From assembly GCA_024137785.1 (NCBI GenBank), contig JAHRHZ010000166.1, positions 761,367 to 825,366 on the forward strand: a DNA stretch of 64,000 nt. Reading direction: 5' to 3'. The notes below the pieces were generated by a model that was not told where the DNA came from, searched no databases, and saw only the letters and a program-made list of their open reading frames with translations. The stretch's first letter is position 1; each line of letters opens with the position of its first letter. Positions 1 to 13,554 of the stretch are shown here, piece by piece. This DNA is from Ginglymostoma cirratum (taxonomy: Eukaryota). The translations under genes were made by a program, and so were the position numbers.

Positions 1-545
1 CTTGACGTTTCGGGCCTAAACCCTTCATCAGAAACGTCAAGTTTTCCTGCTCCTATGATGCTGCTTGACCTGCTGTGTTCATCCAGCCCCTGCTTGTTAT
101 CTCGGATTCTCCAGCATCTGCAGTACCTTTTACCTCTGGAAGAACAACACCTCATTTTCCACTTGGGGACTGTGCAGCTCTCCAGGCTCAATATCGAGTT
201 CAACAATTTTAGAGCCTAACCTCTCCCATGTCGTGGCCCTCTACCCAACACACCAGGCCTTGTTATCACATAGCCTGTCATTACACACATTGTTAGTCAC
301 TAACATTCCCCATTAACAGCTATTCACCTTCCTAGCCAGATTGTTATCAACTCCTTTGTCTATCCAACTGCACTTCTCTCTCTTCGGGCTCTATCCTATT
401 GTTCATTTCCTATTTTCTGCATACAAACCGATGTTTTCCCAGCTACTATCAGTTCTGAGGAAGGGTCACCGGACCCGAAACATTATCTCTGCTTGTTTCT
501 TCACAGACCGTGCCATACCTGCTGAGCTTCTCCAGAAACGTCAGC
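1..545 (+). mobile_element. Penelope-derived hairpin element plus GIY-YIG 3' fragment
   Basis: 1-135 is a hairpin-family arm; 139-215 reads EEQHLIFHLGTVQLSRLNIEFNNF, like the Penelope endonuclease C-terminus. Confidence 0.7.
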
Positions 546-799
546 TTTGTTTTCAAAAAGGCATCTTGTCCCCACCTCATCAATGACAAATGCAGAAACA
601 AAATAAATGCTGGGCAGCGAGCGACACCCACGCCCTATGACTGAATGGAAAAAAATAAACACATACACTTTCTTTCACTGAGGTACAATAGCAGTAACGC
701 ATCACGTTGCAGTACTCCAAAAGGTCGATAAGATGGTTTAATCAGCACAATATACAAAATCGAGTTTCCAGTAGTTGGAAAGGCAAAATAACAATGACC

Positions 800-1400
800 T
801 CTGTGATGATACTATCACTTGAGAAAAGATTATTTTGTCCGTGTTTTTGTTTTTGGAACAGACCTTCTGAAGGCGGTGGTACTGAAGAGTTTAGGGAGTA
901 ACAGTTTAACAATGGAAGGCAAGTGGCCAGTTCTGCCAGTTCAAGCATTTTTTGCCAAGATTTTTTTTTTGCTGCAGCAGTCACAAGGAGTTTTGAGTGG
1001 AAGAAGTGTTGCAAGCTTAAGTAAAGAATTTATATGCCTTTCTTTCAAATCTCTCTCTGGGTGTTCATCTTTACTACCTGTAAGAATCTGTGTTTGAATT
1101 TTTCGTTTTGCCGAAGACTTTGTTTATGGGATGTTACAATATGAGAACAGTAAATTAGTTAAGTTGCTGGAATGATTTGGTTCCGTTTTCCAATAGTTAT
1201 GTTACTCTAAATTTCACTTTCTTTTGTTCGTGTTTCAACTGTATTATTTAAATATATTTTGTTTTGCTTAAAGACATGTGGTTTGACAAGTTGCAGTACA
1301 GATGGAACCACCCCTTCATATCTTCCTGCAAAATAAGAAAAAGTTTGGGTCCAGGCTACCTTCTTAAAATAATTTGTGGGACTCTGGCTTAGGCCATAAG
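800..1400 (+). repeat. 5' LTR
   Basis: Aligns to 6577-7566 (aacagtttaacaatggaagg, gtttatgggatgtta, aggctaccttctt); boundaries approximate. Confidence 0.8.
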
Positions 1401-4400
1401 AGATTAGGACACTTGGTGGCATAGTTCTGTAATTCCAATTTGGGTTTAGTGTTTTTGGACTCAAGGGCAGTGAGTGGTAGATATTAGTGTCTTTTGTTTC
1501 AGGTGTTTAATTTGGTTGGTTTGAACAGTGCTTTATGTCTTAATGGCTCTTTCGGTCACTAAGAATATTCTGGGGGTGAAATAAGTGACTTTGTGGGTTT
1601 TACAAAAGGTGAGCAAGGCAAAGCCGTTGGAATTTACAGACAAGCAGGAGTTGAGGTTGGCTTTGTCTGTGAGAAAGACAAAGGTAATTACAGCAACAGC
1701 TCGGCATTTAAATTTGCTGGAATTGCAATCGGAATCTTTGGAAATTGTTAGTAATCAATTGCAGATGAAGCTGCCTGAAAATGAAAGGGAGCTGAAGAAA
1801 TTTTAAATCCCGTTAAAAGCAAAGGAAAGAGAAGGAAAGAATTGCTCTGGCAGAATTAAAAGAAAATGAGAGGAGGGCAGTAGGAGAAGAAAGGGAGAAA
1901 GAGAGAGGAGGAAAAAAACAGATAGAGAGAGAGTTTGACCTTCAGAAGTTGGCAATTAGACTAGAAAATCGACTTTAAAAGATAGAGGTGAAGGTAGAAG
2001 TCTTAGTGAGGAGGATAGTGAGGATTGGCATATCTCTACCAGGCATTTGGCACCAGGCATATGTTTAAATATATCCAAGCATTGCTTAAATTTGTTAAGA
2101 ATGATGTAAAGGCCTTTAACATCTTATTTGAGAAAAAGGCTAAACAAATGAAGTGGCCAGTAACCATGTGGACTTTTTGATCCAAACAAAGTTGGTAAGT
2201 AGAACTAATGAGGTATTTGCGTCACTATCAGAGGAGGTATTTAGGGAGTATGAGGAGGGGAAGAAATCCGTCTTAAGTGCCTGTAAACTGGTGCCAGATT
2301 CCTACAGGCACCATTTCAGGAATCTAAGGAGGTATCCTGTTCAAACGTACGTTGAGTTTGAAAGGAAAAGGCCAAAGTAATTTTGATAGGTGGATGATGG
2401 CATTAAAAATAGAGCAAATATATGAAGCTGCTAGAGAAACCATAACTTCGGAGTAGTTCAAACATTCACTCCCTAAAATGGCGAGAACTCAAGTGATAGA
2501 GCAGAGAGTTACAACAGCAAGATTAGCAGATGATTAGCGGTAAGAACAGCCGATGCAGGAGTCAGAGATAACATAATGTGGAGCTTGAGGAACACAAAAG
2601 GCCAGGCAGCATCAGAAGAGTAGGAAAGTTGTCTTTTCAGGTCGAGGTCCTTCTTCAGAAATTAGCGGATGAAATGGCCGATTATTATGAGTTGGTTCAT
2701 AAATCAAAGTTTGGCTTCTGACATCAATTTCAGTGCATGAGAGTGAGAAATTAGGGAAAAGAGAATTGGTCAGATGGCAAAGGAAAAATAATAGATCTCT
2801 TCAAAGATAATAAAGACAGCTTGCCACAACATAAAAAGGAAATCAATGAAGGGGAAAGAGAAGTTAATAAGCTTGGGTGTTTTCAGTGCAATAATGTAGG
2901 CCATATGAAGTCACAGCGTTGGTGGTTTAGGAAAAACAATGCGAAGACGAAATTAAGAGAACAGGTTTCAGCAGTGAATTTTATTGCAGTGGTAAAGGAA
3001 AGCACAATGGAGGCTACAAAGTTGGACCAAAATGTACAACCTGGTCAGTGGTTGGTTGAGAAAGAAGTGACGGATAATCTTAAAGTATTTTCTTGGGAAG
3101 GCATGTCTACTTGCATAGGTCAGGAGCAGCAGGAAAAAAAAAAATCACAGTACTAAAAGTTACAGGATCATGCCAATCTTCGATGTTGAGAGATGAGGAA
3201 GTCTGTACTTCGGAGGAGATATTAGCAGAAAACGTGCTCGTCCGTGGAATTCATGTTGAGATGAGAAGTGCTGCATTATGTAGAGTGACGTTGGTGTGCC
3301 CAGTGAAAAGTGAAGAAGCACAGGTTGGATTAGTGGCGAAATTCTGAGCTCTAGGGAATGCATTTTGTCCTTGCTAACGATATAGCTATATCACAGGTAG
3401 GAGTGCTGCCTACTGTGGTTGAGACGCCAGTGGAAAATCAGGTAACTGTATTATTACAGAAATAATATCATGAGATGTTTCCTGACTGTGATAACAAGGT
3501 CACAAAACCACAAGTTGAAGTTGGAGGAGAAATCAAAGAATACAAGTAAGGAAGTTGAAGCACAATTATCATAGACTATTTTTGATTAAATAATTGAGCA
3601 AACTGAAAAACTAAAACTAAACAAGAATAGGTGGAGAACAGAATGGATATTTTAAATTCAGAGAAATTAACTTAGTTACAACAGAAAGATGAAAAACTGA
3701 GGCAGTTGTATCAAAAAGGGTACGCAGAAGAAGAATCTGAGTATATTCCTGAATTGCAGAAACTGAAAAATGATGTCTTATTGAGGAAATGGAGACCATC
3801 ACATATTCAGGTGGATGAGAAATGGACAGAAGTTCATAAAGTTTTACTGTCAGTGAGTTATAGAAAGGAGGTGTTACGTGTAGTACATAATTTGCCAGTA
3901 GGAAATAATTTAGGGGCGAGAAATACTTAAGCCAAAATGCAAATAAAAAACATTTTTTTCCTGGCCTGGACTGTGTAAGGAAATTGATTTTTGCAAGACA
4001 TGTCATACATGTAGGTCATTGGAAAACCTCAGGCAGTAATAAAACCAACATCTTTAACACACATTTCTGCATTTGAGGAACATTTTACAAGTGTGTTAGT
4101 TGATTACATTAGCCTCCTACATAAAACAAATAAGGAGGAATCAGTACTTCGTAGCGACAGTGCCTGAGTCCACTAGATTTCCAGAGGTCTTTCTAATCCT
4201 CAACATCACAGCTGAAAGGATTGTAGAAAAGGTACTCAACTGTTTCAATGCACACGGACTGCCCACAGAGATATGATCAGATCAAGAATCAAATTTTATA
4301 TTAAAATTATTCAGGGAAGTTATGAATCACTTAGAAATAAAACAATTCAATTCCACAGCGTACCATCCAGACCCTCTGGCAGTTAGAAACGTTGCATGAA

Positions 4401-6576
4401 ACTTTAAAGACTGTGTTACGGGCTTGTAGTCAAGATTATCCAGATGATTGGGATAAAGGCATTGCGTTTGTATTTTTTGCAATTAGGGATGCCTGAATGG
4501 ATCGACCAGATTCAGTCTGTATCAATTATTTTTTGGGCATGTGGTGCGAGCATTACTGAGATTAATTAAAGGGAAATTGGTGAGTCAGAGTTGAGAGACC
4601 ACATATTTGGACTATGTGCCAAATTTTCCGGAACTATGAAATAGAGCGGTCGAGTTGGCTAGACAACATTTAAAAATATCACAGCATATGGTAAAACACG
4701 AAGCAGACAAGAAACCAAAAATGCACAATTTTGCTAACAGATGTAAAGTGTTAGTGTTGCCTCGAGTGACAGGTGAACCTTTAAAAGCAACTTTTAATGG
4801 AAATATTCAAATCGAAAAGAGATTGAGTGAGGTGAACTACTTGACTCCAGACAGAAAGAAATTCACAGTGTGTCATGCAAATATGCTCAAAAGGTATGTT
4901 GATAGGGAAGGGAACCAAAATGAGAATGTGTTACTCATTGCAGCACAGAGAGAAAAAAAGAATCAAATTTAGAGGATTCTGAACTGGACATCCCAAAATT
5001 AATTGAAGAATGACGAAGTTCTGAAAACTTGGGGTAAACTATTGTGTTAACTTCCAGATGAAAATCGAAATGGCCTAAAAGAGTTAATCATTATCACATG
5101 GGGAGATATGTGGCAATGAACTGGGAAGTATTAATTTACTTATGCATGATGTAGAGATAGAAAATACTATTCCAATTAATCAACATAGTGATAGACTTAA
5201 CACTCTGAAGTTGGTACAGATACAAAAGCATATTGAACGCCTGCTACAGATGACACATTCGAAATGGGTTGCAGTGATTGGAGCTCACCCATAGTCATGA
5301 TACCAAAACCAGATGGTACCCAACGATCATGTGTGGACTATCGCAAGATCAATGCAGTTACAATGTCTGATCCATAAGTTATTCTACGTTTGGGAGTGTG
5401 TATTGAGAAATTGGGACAAACAACTTATATTTTTAAGTTGGAGTTATTCAGAGGAAAGTACCCATTTCTGAAAGAGTGAATACAGTTTTGGCTTTGCAAC
5501 ACAGAGAGAATTGTACCAATTTAAATTCATGCTACTTAGTATGAAAATGCACAAGCCATATTTCAAAGGCTAAGCAATGAAGTCATTTCTGGATACCTAA
5601 TTGTGTGGTATACATCGATGGTCTGTTGATTTTTACTCACACTTGTAAGAAACATTTGCAGCATTTATCAGAATTATTCAATTGACTTTGGGAGGCAGGT
5701 TTGGTGATAAACCTGGTTAAGCATGAATTCGTCAAAGCCCAAGTCATGCTCCTGGGCAATGTTATCAGACGTGGACTGACGGGCTAAAGTAATGCAAAAA
5801 CAAACGTTATTGTGGAGTTTCCAACACTATCGCTGAAGAAAGAAGTTGTCTAATTCGAACTTTACTGGGTTTTATCAGAAATTCGGACCAAATTTAGCAG
5901 TGTGGCTGCTTCACTGACTGACATTTTGAAGTAGTACTGCAACTTTCAGTGAATGGCAAACTGTCAGAAGGCATTTTACAGCCCGAAAGCTGTGTCAACC
6001 ACAGCTGCAATATTGGTCACACCCAATTACATAAAGTCATTCAAGGTGGCTATCGATACGAGTGATGCAGGCATTGGTGCAAGAAGATGACGAGAAGACA
6101 GAAAGACTATCAGGTACTTTTCCAAGAAATTGATTATTCATCACGAAAAATATTTCACAATTGAGAAGGACAGCCTGACGTTACAACATTTCAAAAGTTA
6201 TATTGCCAATAATGTGTCTGAGACCATTGTATATACTGATCATAACACGCTAAAGTTTTTGGGGAAATATAAGGACAAAAATTCCTGACTGTTTTGGTGG
6301 AGCTCATTATTACAGCCATTCACATTGAAAATTATAACGTGGCAGGATGAGCAAACATAATTGCCAACTATTGTCACGCCTTGGATGAAGAAGGACGCCA
6401 CTCTTCTGTGTCTGGATTAAATGGACTGAAACAGAACGTATTCATCAATGTTTGCATGCTTAGAGTCAATGAAATATATATGTGTTGTCATGTAGAAATA
6501 TAATAAGACTAAATGGTTTAAATTGAAACCATCTTTGTATATTGATTATTCATTTTTTTAAAGCTTGGAGGGGGTG

Positions 6577-7566
6577 TGGTTATGATGATGCTGTCACCTT
6601 AAGAAGATTATGTTTGTCCTTGGTTTTTTGAAGAGCAGTTGTAATGGCAGAGGAGGTGAAGAGTCGAGGGAGGAACAGTTTAACAATGGAAGGAGAGTGG
6701 TCAGGTCTCCCACTTCAGGTGTCTTCTCATTCGTTGAACAGTGACAGTTGCAAGATGTTTTGAGCGTCGGAAGTATAACAAGAGTGAGTAAAGGATTCCT
6801 CTGAATTTCTTTGAAATCTTTCTCTGGATGGTGTTCCCCTTTGCCTGTCAGAATCTACGTCTGAATTTACCTTTTCACCAAGGTGTATGTTTATGGGATG
6901 TTATTTTATTGGAACAGTTAATTAGTTAAATTGCTTTGTCAGAGATAAAAGGTACTGCAGATGCTGGAGAATCCGAGATAACAAGCATGGGGCTGGATGA
7001 ACACAGCAGGTCAAGCAGCATCATAGGAGCAGGAAAACTTGACGTTTCGGGCCTACACCCTTCCCGAAACGTCAAGTTTTCCTGCTCCTATGAAATTGCT
7101 TTGTCATGTTGGTTAGGGCTTCCAATACTCAAGTTGCACAAAATTCCACTTCCTTTTATTTACGTTTCAACTGTAGTGTTGAAACATATTTTTTTGTTTG
7201 AAGAGAACGCCGTGTGGAGCTGGGGGAACACAACAGGCCAGGCAGCACCAGAAGAGCAGGAAAGTTGGAAGTTGACGTTTCTTGTTGGGACGCTGATTTC
7301 TGAAGCAGGTTCTCGCCCCAAAACGTCAACTTTCCTGCTCTTCTGCTGCTGCCTGGCTTGCAGCGTTCCTCCAGCTCAACACTGTGTTATCTCTGACTCC
7401 AGCACCTTCAGTTCTTGCTATCTCTCGTTTTGCTTAAAGCCAAGAAATATGACCACTTGCATCATACCTGGAATATTCACTTCACATTTATCTGTAAAAT
7501 AAGACAAAGTTAGCATCTAGGCTACCTTCTTTAAATTTTTGAGGGGGTCTGACCTGTTCCACAACA
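6577..7566 (+). repeat. 3' LTR with two nested hairpin elements
   Basis: Preceded by purine tract ggaggggg, ends ..acaaca; insertions at about 6942-7092 and 7200-7425. Confidence 0.8.
6942..7092. mobile_element. Penelope-derived hairpin element, 14-bp TSD
   Basis: TSD aaattgctttgtca at 6928-6941 and 7093-7106. Confidence 0.85.
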
Positions 7567-8095
7567 CTTTGATATGCCAGGGTTTGCATATTCCCATCAA
7601 AATGGTAGGGTCATGGATATATGTGATCATTCGTCAACTGCCGCTTGTTCAATATTTTGGAACCCTGCATCAATGATAACTTACCTATATCTTCACCATT
7701 TAAATAAGTAAGATAGCATCACATTCTGCAGAATATTAAGTATTTTGCAACCAATTCTATCGTTATGAATGACACGTCTAGATTAATAATAATGAGACTC
7801 TTCAATGCGTGCCAGGTTATTTCTAAATTTGCTATGCCTAACATGGAGATATAGTTGGTTATTGACAAATGGAGTGTAAAAATCTGAAATAAAATTTTAT
7901 CAGCGTCTTGTGGAACATTTTATCCCTCTATTTTATTACTTTTGTCTATTTTTAGAACTAAATTATTAATTCCATAACAATAAGTTAAAAAAATCGAGTA
8001 TGACACAAAATAGACGAAACGTTACTTGAATTATGGATGATCGAAAGATCAAAACCTGTTTTTGTTGGTTGGTGAATGTTTGTTCTTCTGTTTCA

Positions 8096-8140
8096 TCAGA
8101 ATGTTCGATGTGCAGTAGAGGCCAAGCGAGCATTAAGAGT
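8096..8140 (-). pseudogene. Copy A terminal exon
   Basis: tttccttccatag|TLNARLASTAHRTF* versus copy C GLYAQLAFTADQTL*; start of the 3'UTR is also similar. Confidence 0.72.
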
Positions 8141-8284
8141 CTATGGAAGGAAACAGAAACCGTTATCCTCATAGAAACCTAAGCATAGTATTTGACCATT
8201 CAACGTTTGGGTCTGTTTCCTAATTAAGTTAGATCATAGGGATGATTAAGTCCATATATGATATAATGGTTTACAATTATGGTC

Positions 8285-8645
8285 TAGGGGACGCAATGGT
8301 CAAGTGGTATTATCGCTGGACTGTTAATCCAGCGATCCAAACAACGTTCTGGGTGCCAGGTTTCAGATCCCGCCACGACCGATGGTGAAACTTGAATTCA
8401 AAAAAATGTCCTGAAATAAGAAACTAATGATGACCATGAATCCATTGTCAATTGTGAGGAAAAACCCATCTGGTTGACAAATGTTCTTTAGGGAAGGCAA
8501 CTGTCATCCTTACCTGGTCTGGCCTACATGCGACTCGAGACCCACAACAATGTGGTTGACTCATAACTGCCCTCTGGACAATGAGGGTTGGGCAATAAAT
8601 GCTGCCAAGCCAGAGATGCCCTCATCACATCAATGAATATTAGTA
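8285..8645 (+). mobile_element. tRNA-derived SINE
   Basis: A/B-box-like head; core cttacctggtctggcctaca; related copies near 11360-11590, 17000-17290 and 60850-61190 (-). Confidence 0.65.
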
Positions 8646-9039
8646 AAAAAAAAACTAAGGAAGAGCTATGAGTGAGATATATCCAAATCACCATCATAAC
8701 TGAGAGTAGCAGGTTAAGCTATTTGGCTTATCGAGTCTGCACCAAAATTTGTTCGTAGCTGCTATGTTTCTCAACCCCATTCCCCTGCCTTTTCCCCATA
8801 ACCCCTGATCCCAGTCAGTTCCTGGGTAACTGAACAGGAAACGTTAACTCTGATTTTTCTCCACAAACATTGTTGAACCTGTTGAGCTTTTCCAACAATT
8901 TCTGTTTTGGCTCTTGATCCCTATCCTGTCTTAAAGACTATCAAAGACTTGGCCTCCACAGCCTTCTGCAGTAATCAGTGTCATAGATTCACCATGCTCT
9001 GGCTTAAGAAATCAATCTTTATCCAAGTTTCAGTGAATC

Positions 9040-9333
9040 ACAGAATCCCTTTCCACAGTGTGGAAAGAGGCCTTTTGGCCCAAAAAGCCCACACCAACCC
9101 TCAGAGCTTCACACCAAAACCCGTCCCCCTTTCACCCACCTAACCTACACATTGCTGAACATTATGGCAAATTTAGCATTTGGATTTATGGAGGAAATCA
9201 GATAACCCGGAGGAAACCCACGCAGACACAGGGAGAATGCGCAAACTCGACACAGACAGTCATCCAAGGGTAGGATCGAACCCAGGTCTCTGATGCGGTG
9301 AAACAGCAATGCTAACCACTGAGCCACTGTGCC
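9040..9333 (-). mobile_element. HE1-type SINE
   Basis: ggcacagtggctcagtggttagc..gggttcgatcc head. Confidence 0.8.
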
Positions 9334-10228
9334 GACTCTAATGTATCAGCCCTTCACTGAAACTGTGCGATCTGATCCTAATCTTTCCTACTGGTGGAAA
9401 CATCTTCACGACTTCCACTGTATCTAGGTCTCGCAGCATTCTAAGTTTCAATAAGATCTCTTCCCATCCTTCTAAACTTCGCAGAGTTAAGACCCAGAGT
9501 CCTCAGTTCTCCTCATAGGACAACCCCTTCATTGCTATCATCATTCTTGTGAAGGCCCACTAGAATCCCACCAAGGTGAGCGCATCCTTCCTTAGATATA
9601 TACATATGCATCTTATATATTTATGTCTGTCATACTTTTGTAAATATGCTACAGGTCGCCCCTCAGCCTCTGATGTTCATGTGAAGACAAAATCAGGTTT
9701 GTACAATCTCTCCTCATAGCTAATGTCCTCCAAATGAGGCAAGACTTCTGAATACCATGCTGTTTTCTTAAAATGATGGCAAGTGGCAAGCAATATCCGT
9801 CTAACGCAAGTACCTGATAAAAGCCTCTCTAATGAAAGAATTTAACCGTCACGTGTTGACATTTGATCGCCAACTATTGTGAATTCCCATTGTCAACATC
9901 CTTCGGGTTCCCATTGTCTAGCAAATGCACTGAACTAACCGTCTATATTGTGTGCTGACAAGTACAGAAAGAGTAGGAATCCTATGGCGTGTAATTCACT
10001 TTTGACCCAATAATCCACTATCGATAAGAAACAAGTTAGAAGAGTGAGAGAATTCAGCCCCATTTCCGGGATAAGTGCAGCTTCCAAAATACTCAAGGGC
10101 TTGACACTATATAGGACAAAGCAAGCATGGGGCTGGATGAACACAGCAGGTCAAGCAGCATCACAGGAGCAGGAAAACTTGACGTTTCGGGCCTAAACCC
10201 TTCATCAGAAAATTTTCTGATGAAGGGT

Positions 10229-10628
10229 NNNNNNNNNNNNNNNNNNNNNNNNNNNNNNNNNNNNNNNNNNNNNNNNNNNNNNNNNNNNNNNNNNNNNNNN
10301 NNNNNNNNNNNNNNNNNNNNNNNNNNNNNNNNNNNNNNNNNNNNNNNNNNNNNNNNNNNNNNNNNNNNNNNNNNNNNNNNNNNNNNNNNNNNNNNNNNNN
10401 NNNNNNNNNNNNNNNNNNNNNNNNNNNNNNNNNNNNNNNNNNNNNNNNNNNNNNNNNNNNNNNNNNNNNNNNNNNNNNNNNNNNNNNNNNNNNNNNNNNN
10501 NNNNNNNNNNNNNNNNNNNNNNNNNNNNNNNNNNNNNNNNNNNNNNNNNNNNNNNNNNNNNNNNNNNNNNNNNNNNNNNNNNNNNNNNNNNNNNNNNNNN
10601 NNNNNNNNNNNNNNNNNNNNNNNNNNNN
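10229..10628. other. Assembly gap (400 N)
   Basis: N run. Confidence 1.
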
Positions 10629-10640
10629 ACCCTTCATCAG

Positions 10641-10683
10641 AAAATTTTCTGATGAAGGGTTTAGGCCCGAAACGTCAAGTTTT
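10641..10683 (+). ncRNA. Minimal hammerhead-ribozyme-like motif
   Basis: CUGAUGA-A-GGGU(uuag)GCCC-GAAAC-GUC. Confidence 0.55.
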
Positions 10684-11726
10684 CCTGCTCCTGTGATGCT
10701 GCTTGACCTGCTGTGTTCATCCAGCCCCATGCTTGTTATCTCGGATTCTCCAGCATCTGCAGTACCTTTTATCTCTCATAGGACAAAGCAGTTTTCTTAG
10801 CTGAGAACGCATCTGTAAACATTCACTTGGTTGACCACAGAATCACAGTACCAATTAAGAAATACGTTGATGACATTCATCAAAAGTTCTCCGATAAGAC
10901 TATAAAATCATGACGTCCACCACCTAGAAAAAATAAAGGCAGCATATAGATGGGGACACCACCACAATCAGTTTTCCCTCTTGGATATCCCTTCCTCAAT
11001 GCATTGTACATGTACCTGCATCAAAATGCTTGAATCACTCAATAAGGCAGTTCAGAACCACCTGCCCAAATGCTTGTAGGGATTGGCCATGAACGTGCCA
11101 AAGCCAGCGACATAAATATTCACTGAATTAATATAACAGAAAGATTCACTTGTTTCAAATGATCAGCTATTCATCACAATTGGTAAATGCCGTTGGCTTT
11201 TTTTGCACTTTGGAGAAACATACAAATCCGTGCCATCTTTTCTTTTAATGTGACCATTTTAACCCTGTTATTATTCCATTTTATTGCCTTCCTGTAATAA
11301 AAAATATGTAGTGAGTTTAAACGTGTGGAAGTATATTTTCAATGGCTTTCAAGTCCACCATTTTTTATTCGTGAGACATGGGCGTCGCTGGTTGGCCAGC
11401 ATTTCTTGCCTCATCCCTATCTTCACTTGAACTGAATGGTTTTCCAGGCCATTTCAGTTGGCAACTTCACTGCTGCGAATCTGGAGGCACATGGAGGCCG
11501 GACGGGGTGAGGGTGGCATGTTTCCTTCCCTGAAGGATATTATCGAGCAAGATGGATTTTTCTGGCAGTCGATAATGGTTTAATGGCAATCAGTTCTATT
11601 TAGTATTGTTCAAAAGAAAGGTTTAGTCAATCGTTGTAGTTGTAGTTATCTGTGTTAAACGTTGTGTCATAAAACCATTGAAATGAGCATACAGTTATTG
11701 AGAAATGAAATCTTCCTTGTATATGC

Positions 11727-11761
11727 CTCCTGTTTTTCAAGTGATTCAGTGTTCCAGTTAT
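11727..11761 (-). pseudogene. Copy A cytoplasmic exon 1
   Basis: ctttatatcaa|ATAACTGGAACACTGA..CAGGAG|gc (DNWNTESLEKQE versus GDWITD..QKQQ). Confidence 0.65.
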
Positions 11762-11887
11762 TTGATATAAAGGGAAAATTCAAGATTATAAATTACAATA
11801 ATTCATTTGGTGAAATGTTCAAAAGTCAAGAACACAATAATGCAGAAATGTGAATTTAGACGACAGTAGAATAATAACATTTCCTAC

Positions 11888-11989
11888 CAGACTGTCGATT
11901 CCTGTAGACCCATGTTGTGGTGAAAGTAACGGCCACGAGAACGAGAATTTCCACCAGTGATCCTACAGAAAAAGTTAAAATGCACTTGA
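11888..11989 (-). pseudogene. Copy A transmembrane exon
   Basis: KCILTFSVGSLVEILVLVAVTFTTTWVYRNRQS G|gtagg aligns to the copy C TM; an in-phase internal acceptor gives an exon start at 11962. Confidence 0.75.
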
Positions 11990-13554
11990 TAATTGACGAC
12001 AATGAAGAAGGAAAACAAGCATTAAAATTTCCGCAAGTTAAACCATGGCGATCTTGTGGAAAATCAAGAATAACCGGCAACATCAACTCAAAACTGGAAA
12101 TGGTGTCGAGTCAACGTCAGTTTCAATGTTATCCTGAAGCATTGCTACTTCTATGACAAATACACTGCATTGCTCTATCCTCTTCGAAATACACGTGTTA
12201 ATCTAAATCTAATCAAACATTCAGTCTGTCCCCCGGAACTGAAATATCCCAAAGAAACCATTTCCCATTAACAAACCTACTCGTTATGCCCACGATCGGA
12301 ATTTCAATCCGTGTTCTCACAATAGTTTTGCAGTTTCTAAGTGTTTTCTTAGAAGACCGTATAACACAATTAAACATTTGTAGAATTCTATAGACATTAC
12401 ACCTCCATCAAGAATTTAACTATCTAATCTACTCTGTTGTCAAACATATTTTTCAATTTAATATGTACAAAGTGACATCAGATCTAAGTTTTCGGTCAGC
12501 AGATTAAGGAGACCATATGTATTCACAACACATATATGTGTGGTCATATAAATGAAGCAATTTGGCGCACTTTTACGTAAATTACAAAGGCAAATAGATG
12601 GATGAACACATACCCTGGAAAGTGAAGAATTGCAATACTTAGAAACTTTGGAGAACTCAAAGAGGACATTGTCTTATTGAAATGTACTGAAAAATGAACA
12701 AATATGCACTTGTTGCAACTAAAGTTTAAATGTGTATTTGAGAAAATGCAAATATGATTTACTGTGCTGAAGCTAGAACTCAATTGTTTTACAAATAAAA
12801 ATAACTGAAAACTCTGGTATATTTCGCCTCTAAAAAATGAAATAAAATATCTTTGTCCTAATAGGAATCTTCTGCCTTTGGAAGTGTTTAGCAGGATAGA
12901 ATTCAAGAAAATACTTTCAATTTGAAAGCCAAATAAATCCAGAACCCATAAACATACCAGCGTCAATAACAAATTATTTGAGGTCGAAGGAGACAGTTTC
13001 GTATTCATATCCCGTATTGTGTAAGGATGGGAAAGTATCCTGGAAATAACTAGAAGGGTTTACTAAGAAAGTAAGCAGAGAACTTCATCAAACATATATT
13101 GGCGAATGGAAATTGGAGACAAGATAAACAACTTTAGGACCATGAAGATCTTTGTGAAGAAACTGGAGTGGAAAAGCAACAATGGTCATTACCTATTTTA
13201 CTAAAAATTCTCTTTTTGGGATATAAATACCAATAAATAAAGCCGACTGACCAAATCCATGATGAACGAAAGTTGTGAACAGGAAATTGGCTTTCTTTGT
13301 TTCAAATCCTACTCCCCAAACAATCAGATTAATGTTGAATTCACAATGATACAACGATTGCTAGTTAAACAAATGGACATAAACATAAGAACAGCTATAG
13401 TGCACAGCAGTGAGATGCATGAAAGAGGAAAATGTGAAGACCATCAGCGTGCACAGAAAGAAGGGGAGGGACTCTTATCACAAAAACACTTTAGACTGAA
13501 AATTATTTTTCACAAATAAAACATAAATATAAAACAGACAGTCTGAATAAATAC

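Larger units (their letters stand above)
800..7566 (+). mobile_element. Decayed Gypsy LTR retrotransposon, Gmr1-like (gag-PR-INT-RT-RH)
   Basis: Two LTRs; SCAN-like gag LVPDSYRHHFR (about 2290); knuckle CFQCNNVGH (about 2880); integrase about 3860-4850; RT WSSPIVMIPKPDG..VDYRKIN (about 5280); RNase H about 6040-6350; many stops and frameshifts. Confidence 0.9.
10124..10777. mobile_element. Palindromic Penelope-derived element spanning the N gap, 13-bp TSD
   Basis: Perfect inverted arms; TSD ataggacaaagca at 10111-10123 and 10778-10790. Confidence 0.85.

Noticed and set aside
6936-7502. 188-aa ORF
   Set aside because: Chance read-through across LTR and hairpin-element sequence.
9845-9895. 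Alternative terminal exon of copy A (agttggcg..gtgacgg similarity)
   Set aside because: No acceptor and no preserved frame; 8096-8140 is a much better match.
10127-10730. 189-aa ORFs on both strands
   Set aside because: Artefacts of the N gap and the palindromic repeat.
11940-11960. Glu in the copy A TM as a sign of an adaptor-coupled activating receptor
   Set aside because: Copy C has Ala (GCA) at the same position. GAA is one change away in a pseudogene, so drift is sufficient.
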